A DNA stretch of 64,000 nt from Eledone cirrhosa. Taxonomy: Eukaryota. This document shows, one piece after another, positions 45,220 to 64,000 of this stretch; positions within the stretch are counted from its first letter, which is position 1, and each line of letters begins with the position of its first letter. The notes below the pieces were generated by a model that had not been told where the DNA came from, made no database searches, and saw nothing but the letters and a program-made list of their open reading frames with translations. The translations under genes were made by a program, and so were the position numbers. The DNA is taken from the NCBI GenBank assembly GCA_964016885.1, contig OZ024740.1:96906001-96970000 (forward strand). The letters run 5' to 3'.

Positions 45220-46563
45220 TAATAATAATGTAATAATGAATGATAATGTAAATATTGTGTACAGTGCTCAGGTGCACTGCAACTCAACAAAAGTGTATGT
45301 ATAGTACATGGGGTAATGTACAAACGTCACGAAAATGAACAGTGCATGAGTCATGATACACACATGTGTGCATGTGTATGGGAGGGGAACATCAGGTGTA
45401 GTTTTGGCGAATTTTGGGAGGCATGAGGGTTTTAAAGTATGCAGTGTCTCGGCAGCTAACAACTGACGCAGGCAGTTTGTTCCATGCTTCAGCAACTCTA
45501 AGGGTGAAAAAATGTTTCCGAAAGTCATAGGAGCTGTGCTGTTTTCTGAATTTATAGGCATGTCCACGTGTGTTAGACACATGGAGATCAAAAATGTGCT
45601 CAAAGTTGTTGTTGGCGAGATGGTTAATAACTTTGTGGGTGTTTACCAAGTCCATTGCCAGACGTCGGAGCTTCAATGAATCCATGCCGAGAGAAGCAAG
45701 GCGTTCAGAGTATGGTAGGTGTCTGATGGAGGGTATGCGCTTGGTTGCACGTCTCTGAACAGTTTCCAGGCGGTCAATGTTCTGAGCAAGATAGGGGTTC
45801 CAGACTGATGATGCGAGTTCCAAGTGTGGTCGTACCATAGCTGTATACAGCTTTAAATAGATGGCTGGAGAGCGGCTAACAAAGGTCTTGCTGAGTGATG
45901 CCAAGAGACCCTCGGCCTTCTTGACAATTTTAGAGATGTGCTTTGTCCTATGCAAATCGCTACTGACCCTAATGCCCAGGTCACGTTCACAAGAGGACTT
46001 CTTGATATCAGTGTTGTGGACGGTGTATGTGGACGCTGGACTATTACCTCCCAAAATACTTGGTGGTACACTTGTCCACAGCCAGCTTCAGTTGCAAGTC
46101 TGTGATCTATTGCTGCATTGTGTCCATGTCTGATTGTTGGAAAGAGTTATAGATTGCAGGATCTGTCCTTTTGATTTCAAGGTACAGCTTGATGCCATCT
46201 GCATATTTCAGTAGTGTGGCATTCTTTAAGTTGGCATCTATGTCATTAATGTATGCAACAAATAAAAGGGGGCCAAGAACAGATCCCTGTGGTACACCAG
46301 ATGACATCACATATGGTTAAGAATACTGTCCTAGAAAGGTGACTACCACTTTTCGGCTGAGAATGAAGGATTTCAACCAGTTAAAAAGATCATCCTTCAC
46401 ACCCATTGCAGAGAGTTTCGCCATAAATCTTTTGTGTGGCACAGAATTAAAAGCCTTGGCGAAGTCAAGGTAAACAACATCCACCCATGAGCCGCTGTCA
46501 GTGATCCGGGTAATGTCTTCAAGGAACTCGATAAGCTGATCACAGCAGCTGGAGTTAGGGAGA
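45220..46563 (-). mobile_element. 5'-truncated CR1-clade LINE
   Basis: YLDFAKAF, SGVPQGSVLGPLLF..YIND, YADG, VRPHLE, LETVQRRATKRI, TRGH, FFTLRVAEAWNKLP; (ATT)n-like tail near 45220-45250. Confidence 0.92.
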
Positions 46564-46899
46564 ATATGTTGTGAGATTATGTTACATTAGATACACAATA
46601 TTTGATTTATTTCTCCGTTTGCCATATGTGCCGTTATTTAAGCAAATATATTAAATATAATATGACATACTTATATATTCCTTCAGTATATTTGCATGAA
46701 CTGGTGTTTTATGTCCTCTTACTGTTGAGAGTTTCCAATTTGTTTAGCGTTAAGTATGTATATACTACAGGTATATAGATTATAATTTGTAAATATATTG
46801 TGTAGTGTTTTGATATTTCTTACTGCTTGCTAAGTATTTATTATGTCTATGAATAGTTGAGAGAGATATGCATGGTACTATATTGTAGTCCTCATATTT

Positions 46900-47046
<147 letters not shown>

Positions 47047-47165
47047 AGGTGAGTTTCATTGTAGCACAATAAAGCAATGCAAATATCGGATAAGTAGCAC
47101 TCAACAGTTTATAGGACTGGAGTATAAATAATATAAGATCAAAAGATGGTTAAAAGAGTTCCACG

Positions 47166-47236
47166 TATTTTATTATGCGCATTTCAAAAATAAATATCAT
47201 CATGGGATGATATTTGCGTTCTCATCAGATAAAATA
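47166..47236 (-). ncRNA. Type I hammerhead ribozyme, family G
   Basis: TATTTTAT-CTGATGA-GAACGCAAATATCATC-CCAT-GATGATATTTATTTTT-GAAA-TGCGCA-TA-ATAAAATA; 8-bp stem I, palindromic stem III. Confidence 0.85.
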
Positions 47237-48517
47237 GGGAGACATGATATCAAGCTTTAAAAAAACTTGTGAGCAGTGAAGTGTTAAATCTACATATGAA
47301 AAATAAAATAAGATGGATATGTGAGATTGGGAAAAAAAGAAGGACGGGGGAAGGAAAAGGTAAGGAAGAGGAAGAAAGAAAATAAAGGATGACGGGGGTG
47401 GAGTATAAGAAGGAAGGATGAGAGAGCAGGAGAAATGAATGAGAGAGAGAGAGAGATAGCCTTTATTACTGAGAAACACTGTCTTAAAGAGAGAAATTTG
47501 AAAAACCGTTGTAAGATAATACATAATTTTTAAAAAAATTGAAATTAAAAGTTAATGAGGTTTATGAATGGTGATGTTTATGATTAAAGAAAAAGGAATT
47601 AAGAATAGTATGTATTTAAGGAATTCCATCCAACACTGAGCGTCATAATAATAGCAATAGTAAACCCGACGTCAATGTAAACTGTAGGCTAGATTCAGTA
47701 AATTTAAATACGAATGTTCATAACACCAATCTAAATCAGGAAACTTTAGCACCTATCGTAAATAACTTCTCCAATCCAATTCCTTCTATAAATAATACTA
47801 GGTCACTTGTTAATAACTCTGGTAATTTCTCTAATCGTAATTGTAATTACCCTGTTAGAACTAAATGTCCTCTTAATAACCAATGTCTTGATAAAAATTT
47901 AGTGTATGAATGTAAGGTTATAACTGGTACTAATTCCTTTACCTATTTTGGCTCCACTTCCACTTCCTTTAAAGCAAGACTTTATAATCACAATTCGTCT
48001 TTTAAATACCAACTTAAAAGAACTAACATGGCACTCTCAGAACTCATATGGTCCTTAAAAGACAAAAATATTAACTACAACATTTCTTGGTGGAAGGTTT
48101 GCAACGCCTCTCCTTACCGAAATTCTTCCCTATCCAGAACATGTAATCTCTGCCTAACCGAGAAAGTTACCATTGTCTCTAAATTTAATTCTATAATAAA
48201 TAGACGTACTGATTTATTTTCGCTCTGCTTGCATAAATCCCATAGAACTTTCCTAAAGTATACAGCTAATATCTCACCACCTAATTAGTTTAAAATCTTC
48301 TTTTCTCAAACGCTTTTATATCTTATACAAATATACCCATCTTTCTACCTTATTTCAGTATATTATATTATACAATTTACTCATTCTATGTCGTTAGCGG
48401 TCCCCCATTTTCTTATTTTTTATCCTTTTTTCCTTTTTTCTTTTTTAATTTCTAATCTTTAATCTGTAACTTTTACTTCTCAATTACTTCTTAACTCATA
48501 TTATTACTCACTATAGC

Positions 48518-48711
48518 GGTGGATTGGCAGTATGGATTGGCAGTATCGGTAGAGGGTCGGACGCCATGCTTTCCAGCATAGTTACGTCCCTTTACGATCT
48601 GAGTTCAAATCCCGCCGAGGTTGACTTTGCCTTTCATCCTTACGGGGTCGATAAAATAAAGAACCAGTAATGCACTGGGTAATTGCTGGCCTTGTACCTA
48701 AAGTAGAAACA
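48518..48711 (+). mobile_element. tRNA-derived SINE with perfect 18-bp TSD
   Basis: ATTATTACTCACTATAGC at 48500-48517 and 48712-48729. Confidence 0.95.
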
Positions 48712-49435
48712 ATTATTACTCACTATAGCATTTTCCTTATATTCTTGGCCATACAAACTATATTTTTAATATATACTAATATTACCATTAGTAAATTTTG
48801 TGAACATATATTTTTTTGACGTTATATATTTTTTCTTCCTTAAATTTTCTCCTTTATTCTCTCCTTCTGTGCTCCTATTAAACCTATTATTTACTTTTTC
48901 ATATTACAATACATGGAAACAAACGTAGACCCTAACTAATTCTTCTAAGTTCATAATATATTTAATCTCTTCTTCATTCTCTGTATCTCCTTAATATTCT
49001 TATTTTAATAATACATATTAATAAATTCCTTTTCACACATATTATTATACCCTTCAATATATACTCCTTAAGTAAATACTATTCTTAATTCCTTTTTCTT
49101 TAATCATAAACATCACCATTCATAAACCCCATTAACTTTTGATTTCAAATTTTTTTTTAATTATGTATTATCTTACAACGGTTTTTTTAATTTCTCTCTG
49201 TGAGAGTGTTTCTCGGTATTAAAGGCTATCTCTCTCTCTCTCATTTCTCCTCCTCTCTCATCCTTCCTTCTTATACTCCTCCCCCGTCACCCTTTATTTT
49301 CTTTCTTCCTCTGCCTTACCTTTTCCTGTTCCCTTCCTTCTTTTTTTCCCAATCTCATATATCCATCTTATTTTATTTTTTATATGTAGATTTAACACTT
49401 CACTGCTCGCAAGTGTTTTTTAAGCTTCATATCAT

Positions 49436-53498
<4,063 letters not shown>

Positions 53499-53514
53499 TC
53501 ATATCATGTCTCCC

Positions 53515-53585
53515 TATTTTATCTGATGAGAACGCAAATATCATCCTATGATGATATTTGTTTTTGAAATGCGCATAATAAAATA
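53515..53585 (+). ncRNA. Type I hammerhead ribozyme, family G
   Basis: TATTTTAT-CTGATGA-GAACGCAAATATCATC-CTAT-GATGATATTTGTTTTT-GAAA-TGCGCA-TA-ATAAAATA, ~37 nt before (TA)n. Confidence 0.88.
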
Positions 53586-53615
53586 TATAGAACTCTTTTA
53601 ACCATCTTTTGATCT

Positions 53616-53679
<64 letters not shown>

Positions 53680-53794
53680 GAATAACGAAACGAAATTAAA
53701 TTTCGTTTCGCTTCTAACTCACTTTTGTATGACTGACGCTTAAACAATTAAGTTAAAGTGTACATCTATATATGTATACGGAAGTATCAGTATG

Positions 53795-53864
<70 letters not shown>

Positions 53865-54029
53865 CACATATGTATACATATATACATATGCACATGTACC
53901 GAGCTTTTCACTAGACACTTTACAGTGAGTGTCCAGCTAGTCTGTATGTAAACAGACGAACCCGGTTTTGGAGTCATACGAGTTTTCAAGGAAACACATT
54001 TCCTCTATTCTCCAGAGAGCCAGACAGGA

Positions 54030-54072
54030 ATGTTGGACTAGTTTCGATGTTATTACATCTCATCAGCAATAT
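54030..54072 (-). ncRNA. Minimal type I hammerhead, family H
   Basis: ATATTG-CTGATGA-GATGT-AATA-ACATC-GAAAC-TA-GTC-CAACAT. Confidence 0.88.
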
Positions 54073-54330
54073 ATACCTATCTTTCCGGCTTCTCTGGAGA
54101 ATTGTAAAAGCACATATCGTTATATGCTTTTTTCTATGAAAATCAGTAGTGGGCAGACTAATTTGCATAAAACGTGAGTCATTGTACGCACCGGTTCAGC
54201 GGAAACGATAAAAACGAATAACGAAACGAAATTAAATTTCGTTTCGCTTCTAACTCACTTTTGTATGACTGACGCTTAAACAATTAAGTTAAAGTGTACA
54301 TCTATATATGTATACGGAAGTATCAGTATG

Positions 54331-54388
<58 letters not shown>

Positions 54389-54460
54389 CACACTAGCTGG
54401 ACACTCACTGTCAAGTGTCTAGTGAAAAGCTCGGTACATGTGCATATGTATACATATGTG

Positions 54461-54528
<68 letters not shown>

Positions 54529-54785
54529 CATACTGATACTTCCGTATACATATATAGATGTACACTTTAACTTAATTGGTTAAGCGTCAGTCATACAAAA
54601 GTGAGTTAGAAGTGAAACGAAATTTAATTTCGTTTCGTTATCCGTTTTTATCGTTTCCGCTGAACCGGTGCGTACAATGACTCACGTTCTATGCAAATTA
54701 GTCTGCCCACTACTGATTTTCATAGAAAAAGCATATAACGATATGTGCTTTTACAATTCTCCAGAGAAGCCGGAAAGATAGGTAT

Positions 54786-54828
54786 ATATTGCTGATGAGA
54801 TGTAATAACATCGAAACTAGTCCAATAT
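54786..54828 (+). ncRNA. Minimal type I hammerhead, family H (perfect)
   Basis: ATATTG-CTGATGA-GATGT-AATA-ACATC-GAAAC-TA-GTC-CAATAT; all stems Watson-Crick; GUC site ending at 54822; ACTAGT palindromic stem III. Confidence 0.93.
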
Positions 54829-54985
54829 TCCTGTCTGGCTCTCTGGAGAATAGAGGAAATGTGTTTCCTTGAAAACTCGTATGACTCTAAAACCCGGTTC
54901 GTCTGTTTACATACAGACTAGCTGGACACTCACTGTAAAGTGTCTAGTGAAAAGCTCGGTACATGTGCATATGTATACATATGTG

Positions 54986-55021
<36 letters not shown>

Positions 55022-55071
55022 CATACTGATACTTCCGTATACATATATAGATGTACACTTTAACTTAATTG

Positions 55072-55100
<29 letters not shown>

Positions 55101-55105
<5 letters not shown>

Positions 55106-55199
55106 GACGTAAAATAAGAAAATTTTTAAAATTAACTTACTTACTGAAAATGTTAGTAAGTAAGTTAATTTTTAAAATTTTCTTATTTTACGTCTTTCA
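55101..55199. repeat. Near-perfect ~46-bp hairpin adjoining (TA)n
   Basis: TGAAAGACGTAAAATAAG...CTTATTTTACGTCTTTCA. Confidence 0.95.
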
Positions 55200-55299
55200 T
55201 ATAATTGTTCTGCATCCCCCTGCAGTACTAAGACCTAACATATATATTTGCTAGCATGGGTATACATCTGTATACATATGTTGGTAGATATACTAATTC

Positions 55300-55374
<75 letters not shown>

Positions 55375-55536
55375 AATTGTTTCTGATTTTGGCACAAGGC
55401 CAGCGATTATCCCAGTGTATTACTGTTGCTTTATTGTATCGACCCCGTAAGGATGAAAGGCAAAGTTAACCTCGGAGGGAATTGATCTCAGAATGGCAAG
55501 GGCCGTAAATCTATGCGTCAAAGTATGGCATCTGAC
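55375..55536 (-). mobile_element. tRNA-derived SINE, 5'-truncated
   Basis: Reverse-complement core ATCGACCCCGTAAGGATGAAAGGCAAAGTTAACC. Confidence 0.8.
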
Positions 55537-56694
55537 CGTTACTGCGAAACGAAGTCATCGAAAGAACCGTTATATCTCCGATCGTTCTGTCACTCACTCA
55601 ATCCTTTAACTAAGCCAGAATCACTAGGATAGCAACCAAAAAGGAAAACAGGGTGCACACTTATACATTAATTATGAGAGAAACGACTTCGTGTGGGTAG
55701 AGAATTTACTTCTCTGATATATATTCGTGTGTATGCATGGTAATAAGTGTTGTAAAATTTGATATCTACATATATTTGTTTGTGGCGTTCTATATAATCA
55801 TTAAATAATTATGATTCTAAACATATTTCTAATAATTCTGCCAGGGAAACACTTATCTTAATGTTTACAGTTATAAACCTATTTTCGTATGATGGTAACT
55901 CAGTAATACGTTCTATTGTGTAACTCAGTAATATCTAAATGGATGTTAATAGTTTTATTATTATGTGCGTATATGTTATTTCATCGAGTAAAATATTCTT
56001 ACACTTCGGAATATGTACCATCATGTTTTAAATTATATCTGCTTCTCTCCGGCATCTATACTATTAATATTATATATCAGACAATTTAGTACAAATTACT
56101 AGTTAACCGACTCTTTGTTTAATTACCTCATCATATGTTAAATTCCTTACAGTTATTAATCGATCCTTGCTAGTAGAATCTGAAGTTTAGCTAAATTCGG
56201 TAATTCTCTATAATGAATTTAATTATTTTATTTTGAAATAACCTCTTTGAGATGATTACGATATAATTACACGAGTAAAACCTGTGTTTGCACCTATTTA
56301 TATAAATACGTTTTTTTTTCTGAAAGACAAAATATTGCTACGATTTTTAATAGTTCAGTAGATCAATATTCTTATTTTATTTATTTTCTAAAATTATATG
56401 CCCTCGTTTGACTGTTATATATTTAGTAAACCGTACATTATTTTATAATTAACAAACTCTTCATATTACACTGCATATAAATTAGTGGTACATTTGGCTT
56501 TGACCCTTTCGCGTTCAATCATAACTTGAAAATAAAAATCTACCTGGTATAAAAACGTAATTGGTGTTAAAGCTTTAGACCTGACACCTCGAAAATATGA
56601 GTCCATCACATTTCTTCCTTTCATCTGTTATCTCCAATAACTACGAAGCGTATTCTAACACTGGTTAACACTGGAGGCGAAAGCTTCTATTTCC

Positions 56695-58772
<2,078 letters not shown>

Positions 58773-58778
<6 letters not shown>

Positions 58779-58890
58779 CATTATAAAGAAAGAAGAAACA
58801 TTAGATATAATTAACAAGATATGCCATACCCAAATTCCTTCATTCTTTAATTATATCTAATGTTTCTTCTTTCTTTATAATGTATTATAT
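58773..58890. repeat. ~50-bp inverted repeat next to (TA)n
   Basis: ATAATACATTATAAAGAAAGAAGAAACATTAGATATAATTAA mirrored at 58847-58890. Confidence 0.92.
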
Positions 58891-59044
58891 AGCTCTGATA
58901 CTGAATCAATCTAATCCATTCGGATTATTTTGTCCCAGTTATTCATAGAGCAACATCGGCGAGGTTGGCACCACAAATTCAAGGATATATGTGGATATAT
59001 TCATGTATATGTATGTGTCCGCATGTATCTGTGTATTTCTTTAT

Positions 59045-59085
<41 letters not shown>

Positions 59086-59097
59086 TTAATATAGATG

Positions 59098-59148
59098 AGA
59101 TTCTACAGGACTAGAACTGTTTCATTCATTTGAAATCATCAGGAATCT
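59098..59148 (-). ncRNA. Type I hammerhead ribozyme, family I (looped stem III)
   Basis: AGATTC-CTGATGA-TTTCAAATGAAT-GAA-ACAG-TTCTAGTC-CTGT-A-GAATCT; GUA site; weak stem II. Confidence 0.75.
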
Positions 59149-59787
59149 GGGTATCAAAAAATAAATATGGTATTTATAGGTCTCTACAAGTAGTAGGAGA
59201 GGGTGGGGAGTGGGATGGGTGCAGGTCATTGGTTGATAGAAAAGGGAATTCATTAAAAGCTAATTCTACAAAGCTATAGTTTATTTTTATTTTTATTTTT
59301 ATTTATTTATGTTTTTAGAGTAACAAGGGCAGACAGAATTCTATAAACAGGTTCCGGATGGCCTACCATTCCTTGTCAATAAGTTTCTCTTAAGCTAACA
59401 GATGTCTATAAAATCAGTGGGGGGTCAGTCATAGTCGATAGAATTAAAGAAAAGGGAGATTCTTTAAAAGCTAAAGTCATTAAGGTTCTACTAAGTGACA
59501 AAGGTCTAGAGAATTCTGCAGACAGATTCAAAATACTGAGTGCATATCTTACTATTATCTTCGAACTTCTCTTAAACTAATCAACTATATGCCAAATATC
59601 AACAGACACATTCACAAAAAAACAAAAAACACATACTCACTCACACACTTACGCGCAACCATAAACACACACACAAACACATATACACACATAAAAACAC
59701 ACACACATATATATAAAAATATATAAATATATATTCATGTACACACACGTACATACAGACATACATACACACATACATATATAATAC

Positions 59788-59870
<83 letters not shown>

Positions 59871-60310
59871 TATACACATATATACACACACACATATACA
59901 TATATATATATATATATACAGATACACACACACACATACACATACATACACACACACGCACATATATATATACACAAATAAATACACTCACACGCATACA
60001 TACAAACACGAATATACATGTATATACACACAAATACACATAGACATATATACATATATATACACACACATACGTATACATATATATATACATATACATA
60101 TACACATATACATATATATATACATATATATACATATATACACATACATACACACACACACACATGCACACACACAGACACACATATATATATATATATA
60201 TATGTATATAGTTGCGTGGGCAGGTGTGTATATATATATATATGAGTGTGTGTGTGTATTTGTATGTATATATATATATATATGTGTATGTATGTGTGTG
60301 TGTATATATA

Positions 60311-60390
<80 letters not shown>

Positions 60391-60582
60391 TATATATGTA
60401 GATAAATCTACCAAGAGTTTACGGTAGTGTCCAATCCGTATATATATATATGTGTGTATATGTATATGTATGTATATATATATATATATGTGTGTGTGTG
60501 TATGTGTGTATATATGTGTATATGTATGTATATATATGTGTCTGTGTATGTGTATGTGTGTATGTATGTATGTGTGTGTATG

Positions 60583-60635
<53 letters not shown>

Positions 60636-60774
60636 GTATATATATATATATATGTGTGCGTGAGAGGGAGAGTGTGTATATATATTTGTGTGTGTGTGTG
60701 TGTATGTGTGTATGCGCGTGTGTGTGTGTATATATATGTATATATGTATGTGTGTATATATATATATGTGTGTA

Positions 60775-60818
<44 letters not shown>

Positions 60819-60970
60819 TATATGTGTGTGTATATATGCGTTATGTGTCTGTATATATATGTGTATATTTATGTATAGGTCTGTGTATGTATGTGTATAT
60901 TTGTATATGTATGGATATGTATATATATGTATGTATATATATATATATATATGTATATATATGTGTGTGC

Positions 60971-61020
<50 letters not shown>

Positions 61021-61047
61021 ATAGATGTTTATACATATGCATGTGTA

Positions 61048-61091
<44 letters not shown>

Positions 61092-61133
61092 TGTGTGTGT
61101 ATATATATGTGTGTGCGTGTATATATATGTATA

Positions 61134-61202
<69 letters not shown>

Positions 61203-61345
61203 ATGTATGTGTGTGTGTGTATTTGTATGTGTATATATTTGTTTACGTGTGTGTATATATATATATATTTATATATATATGTATATATATATATATATAT
61301 GTGTGTATGTGTATGTATGTATATATGTAGTTATATATATGAATG

Positions 61346-61376
<31 letters not shown>

Positions 61377-61423
61377 TTGTGTGTATGTGTGTGTATATGT
61401 ATATATATATGTGTGTGTATGGG

Positions 61424-61482
<59 letters not shown>

Positions 61483-61534
61483 ATATATGTGTCTGTGTGT
61501 GTGCATGTGTGTGTGTGTATGTAATATATGTGTA

Positions 61535-61579
<45 letters not shown>

Positions 61580-61680
61580 GTGTATATGTCTATGTATATA
61601 TATATGTATACGTATGTGTGTGTATATATGTATGTGTATGTATGTATGTGTGTATGTGTGTGTATATATATATATGTATG

Positions 61681-61729
<49 letters not shown>

Positions 61730-61908
61730 ATATATATATATATGTTTGTATATATATATATATATATATTTGTGTATGTATATATGTCTATGTGTATTTG
61801 TGTGTATATACATGTATATTCGTGTTTGTATGTATGCGTGTGAGTGTATTTATTTGTGTATATATATATGTGCGTGTGTGTGTATGTATGTGTATGTGTG
61901 TGTGTGTA

Positions 61909-61949
<41 letters not shown>

Positions 61950-61984
61950 GTGTGTGTGTATATATGTGTATATATTTTTATATA

Positions 61985-62715
61985 CATACATACATACGCA
62001 CACACATATACATACATACATACGTATGTATGTATATATGTATATGCGTATGTATGTATGTATATATATATATGCGTATGTATGTATGTATATATGTGTG
62101 CGTATGTATGTATGTATATATATATACGTATGTATGTATGTATATATATATACGTGTGTGTGTATGTATATATATGTACGTATGTATGTATGTATATATA
62201 TGTACGTATGTATGTATGTATATATATGTACGTGTGTGTGTATGTGTATATATGTACGTGTGTATGTATGTATATATATGTGCGTATGTATGTATGTATG
62301 TATATATGCGTATGTATGTATGTGTATATATATACGTATGTATGTATGTATATATGTGTGCGTATGTATGTATGTATATATATATACGTGTGTGTGTATG
62401 TATGTGTATATACGTATGTATGTATGTGTATGTGTGTGCGTATGTATGTATGTATATATATATGCGTGTGTGTGTATGTATGTATGTGTGCGTGTGTATG
62501 TATGTATATATATATACGTATGTATGTATGTATGTGTATGTACGTATGTATGTATGTATATATATATACGTATGTATGTATGTATATGTGTATGCGTATG
62601 TATGTATGTATGTATGTGTGCGTATGTGTGTATGTATATATATATGCGTGTGTATGTATGTATATATATATACGTATGTATACATGTATATATACGTATG
62701 TATGTATATATATTA
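61985..62715 (+). repeat. ~24-28-bp minisatellite built from CG(TATG)n(TA)n
   Basis: Regularly spaced CG dinucleotides in a TATG/TA background. Confidence 0.8.
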
Positions 62716-63438
<723 letters not shown>

Positions 63439-64000
63439 TATATATGTATGTGTGTATGTATGTCTGTATGTACGTGTGTGTACATGAATATATATTTATA
63501 TATTTTTATATATATGTGTGTGTGTTTTTATGTGTGTATATGTGTTTGTGTGTGTGTTTATGGTTGCGCGTAAGTGTGTGAGTGAGTATGTGTTTTTTTG
63601 TTTTTTTGTGAATGTGTCTGTTGATTTTTGGCATATAGTTGATTAGTTTAAGAGAAGTTCGAAGATAATAGTAAGATATGCACTCAGTATTTTGAATCTG
63701 TCTGCAGAATTCTCTAGACCTCTGTCACTTAGTAGAACCTTAATGACTTTAGCTTTTAAAGGATCTCCCTTTTCTTTAATTCTATCGACTATGACTGACC
63801 CCCCACTGATTTTATAGACATCTGTTAGCTTAAGAGAAACTTATTGACAAGGAATGGTAGGCCATCCGGAACCTGTTTATAGAATTCTGTCTGCCCTTGT
63901 TACTCTAAAAACATAAATAAATAAAAATAAAAATAAACTATAGCTTTGTAGAATTAGCTTTTAATGAATTCCCTTTTCTATCAACCAATGACCTGCACCC

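Larger units (their letters stand above)
53676..55072. mobile_element. Head-to-head blocks of a ~530-nt ORF-less HHR unit (candidate retrozyme / non-autonomous PLE)
   Basis: Minus block 53676-54390 (repeat restarts at 54212); plus block 54392-55072 (restarts at 54917); flanked by (TA)n. Confidence 0.8.

Noticed and set aside
61985-62715. Regularly spaced repeats suggesting a CRISPR-like array
   Set aside because: No unique spacers, low complexity, eukaryotic context; it is a minisatellite.

Overview
AT-rich animal genomic DNA, probably a coleoid cephalopod (octopus-like); the host is inferred from the SINE family and the microsatellite load, not proven. I found no intact host gene. Most ORF-track entries are translations of (TA)n/(GT)n/(GAA)n microsatellites. 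The window is mostly transposon debris: three families of Penelope-like elements (PLEs; RT plus C-terminal GIY-YIG, one near full-length with pseudo-LTRs and an inverted partner), an almost complete RTE LINE, Tx1/L1, CR1, older RTE, Gypsy-integrase, mariner/Tc1 and Helitron remnants, and about ten copies of a tRNA-derived SINE. The main hidden signal is non-coding: at least 15 type I hammerhead-ribozyme (HHR) motifs from about 9 sequence families, most a short distance upstream of a (TA)n tract. They include an HHR with a ~90-nt stem II in the autonomous PLE, and a ~530-nt ORF-less, hairpin-rich HHR unit present as two head-to-head blocks each longer than one unit (candidate retrozyme/circular RNA). 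Fold-back hairpins and phase-flipped (TA)n arrays recur at these insertions. All RNA structures were folded by eye and need computational and biochemical confirmation.
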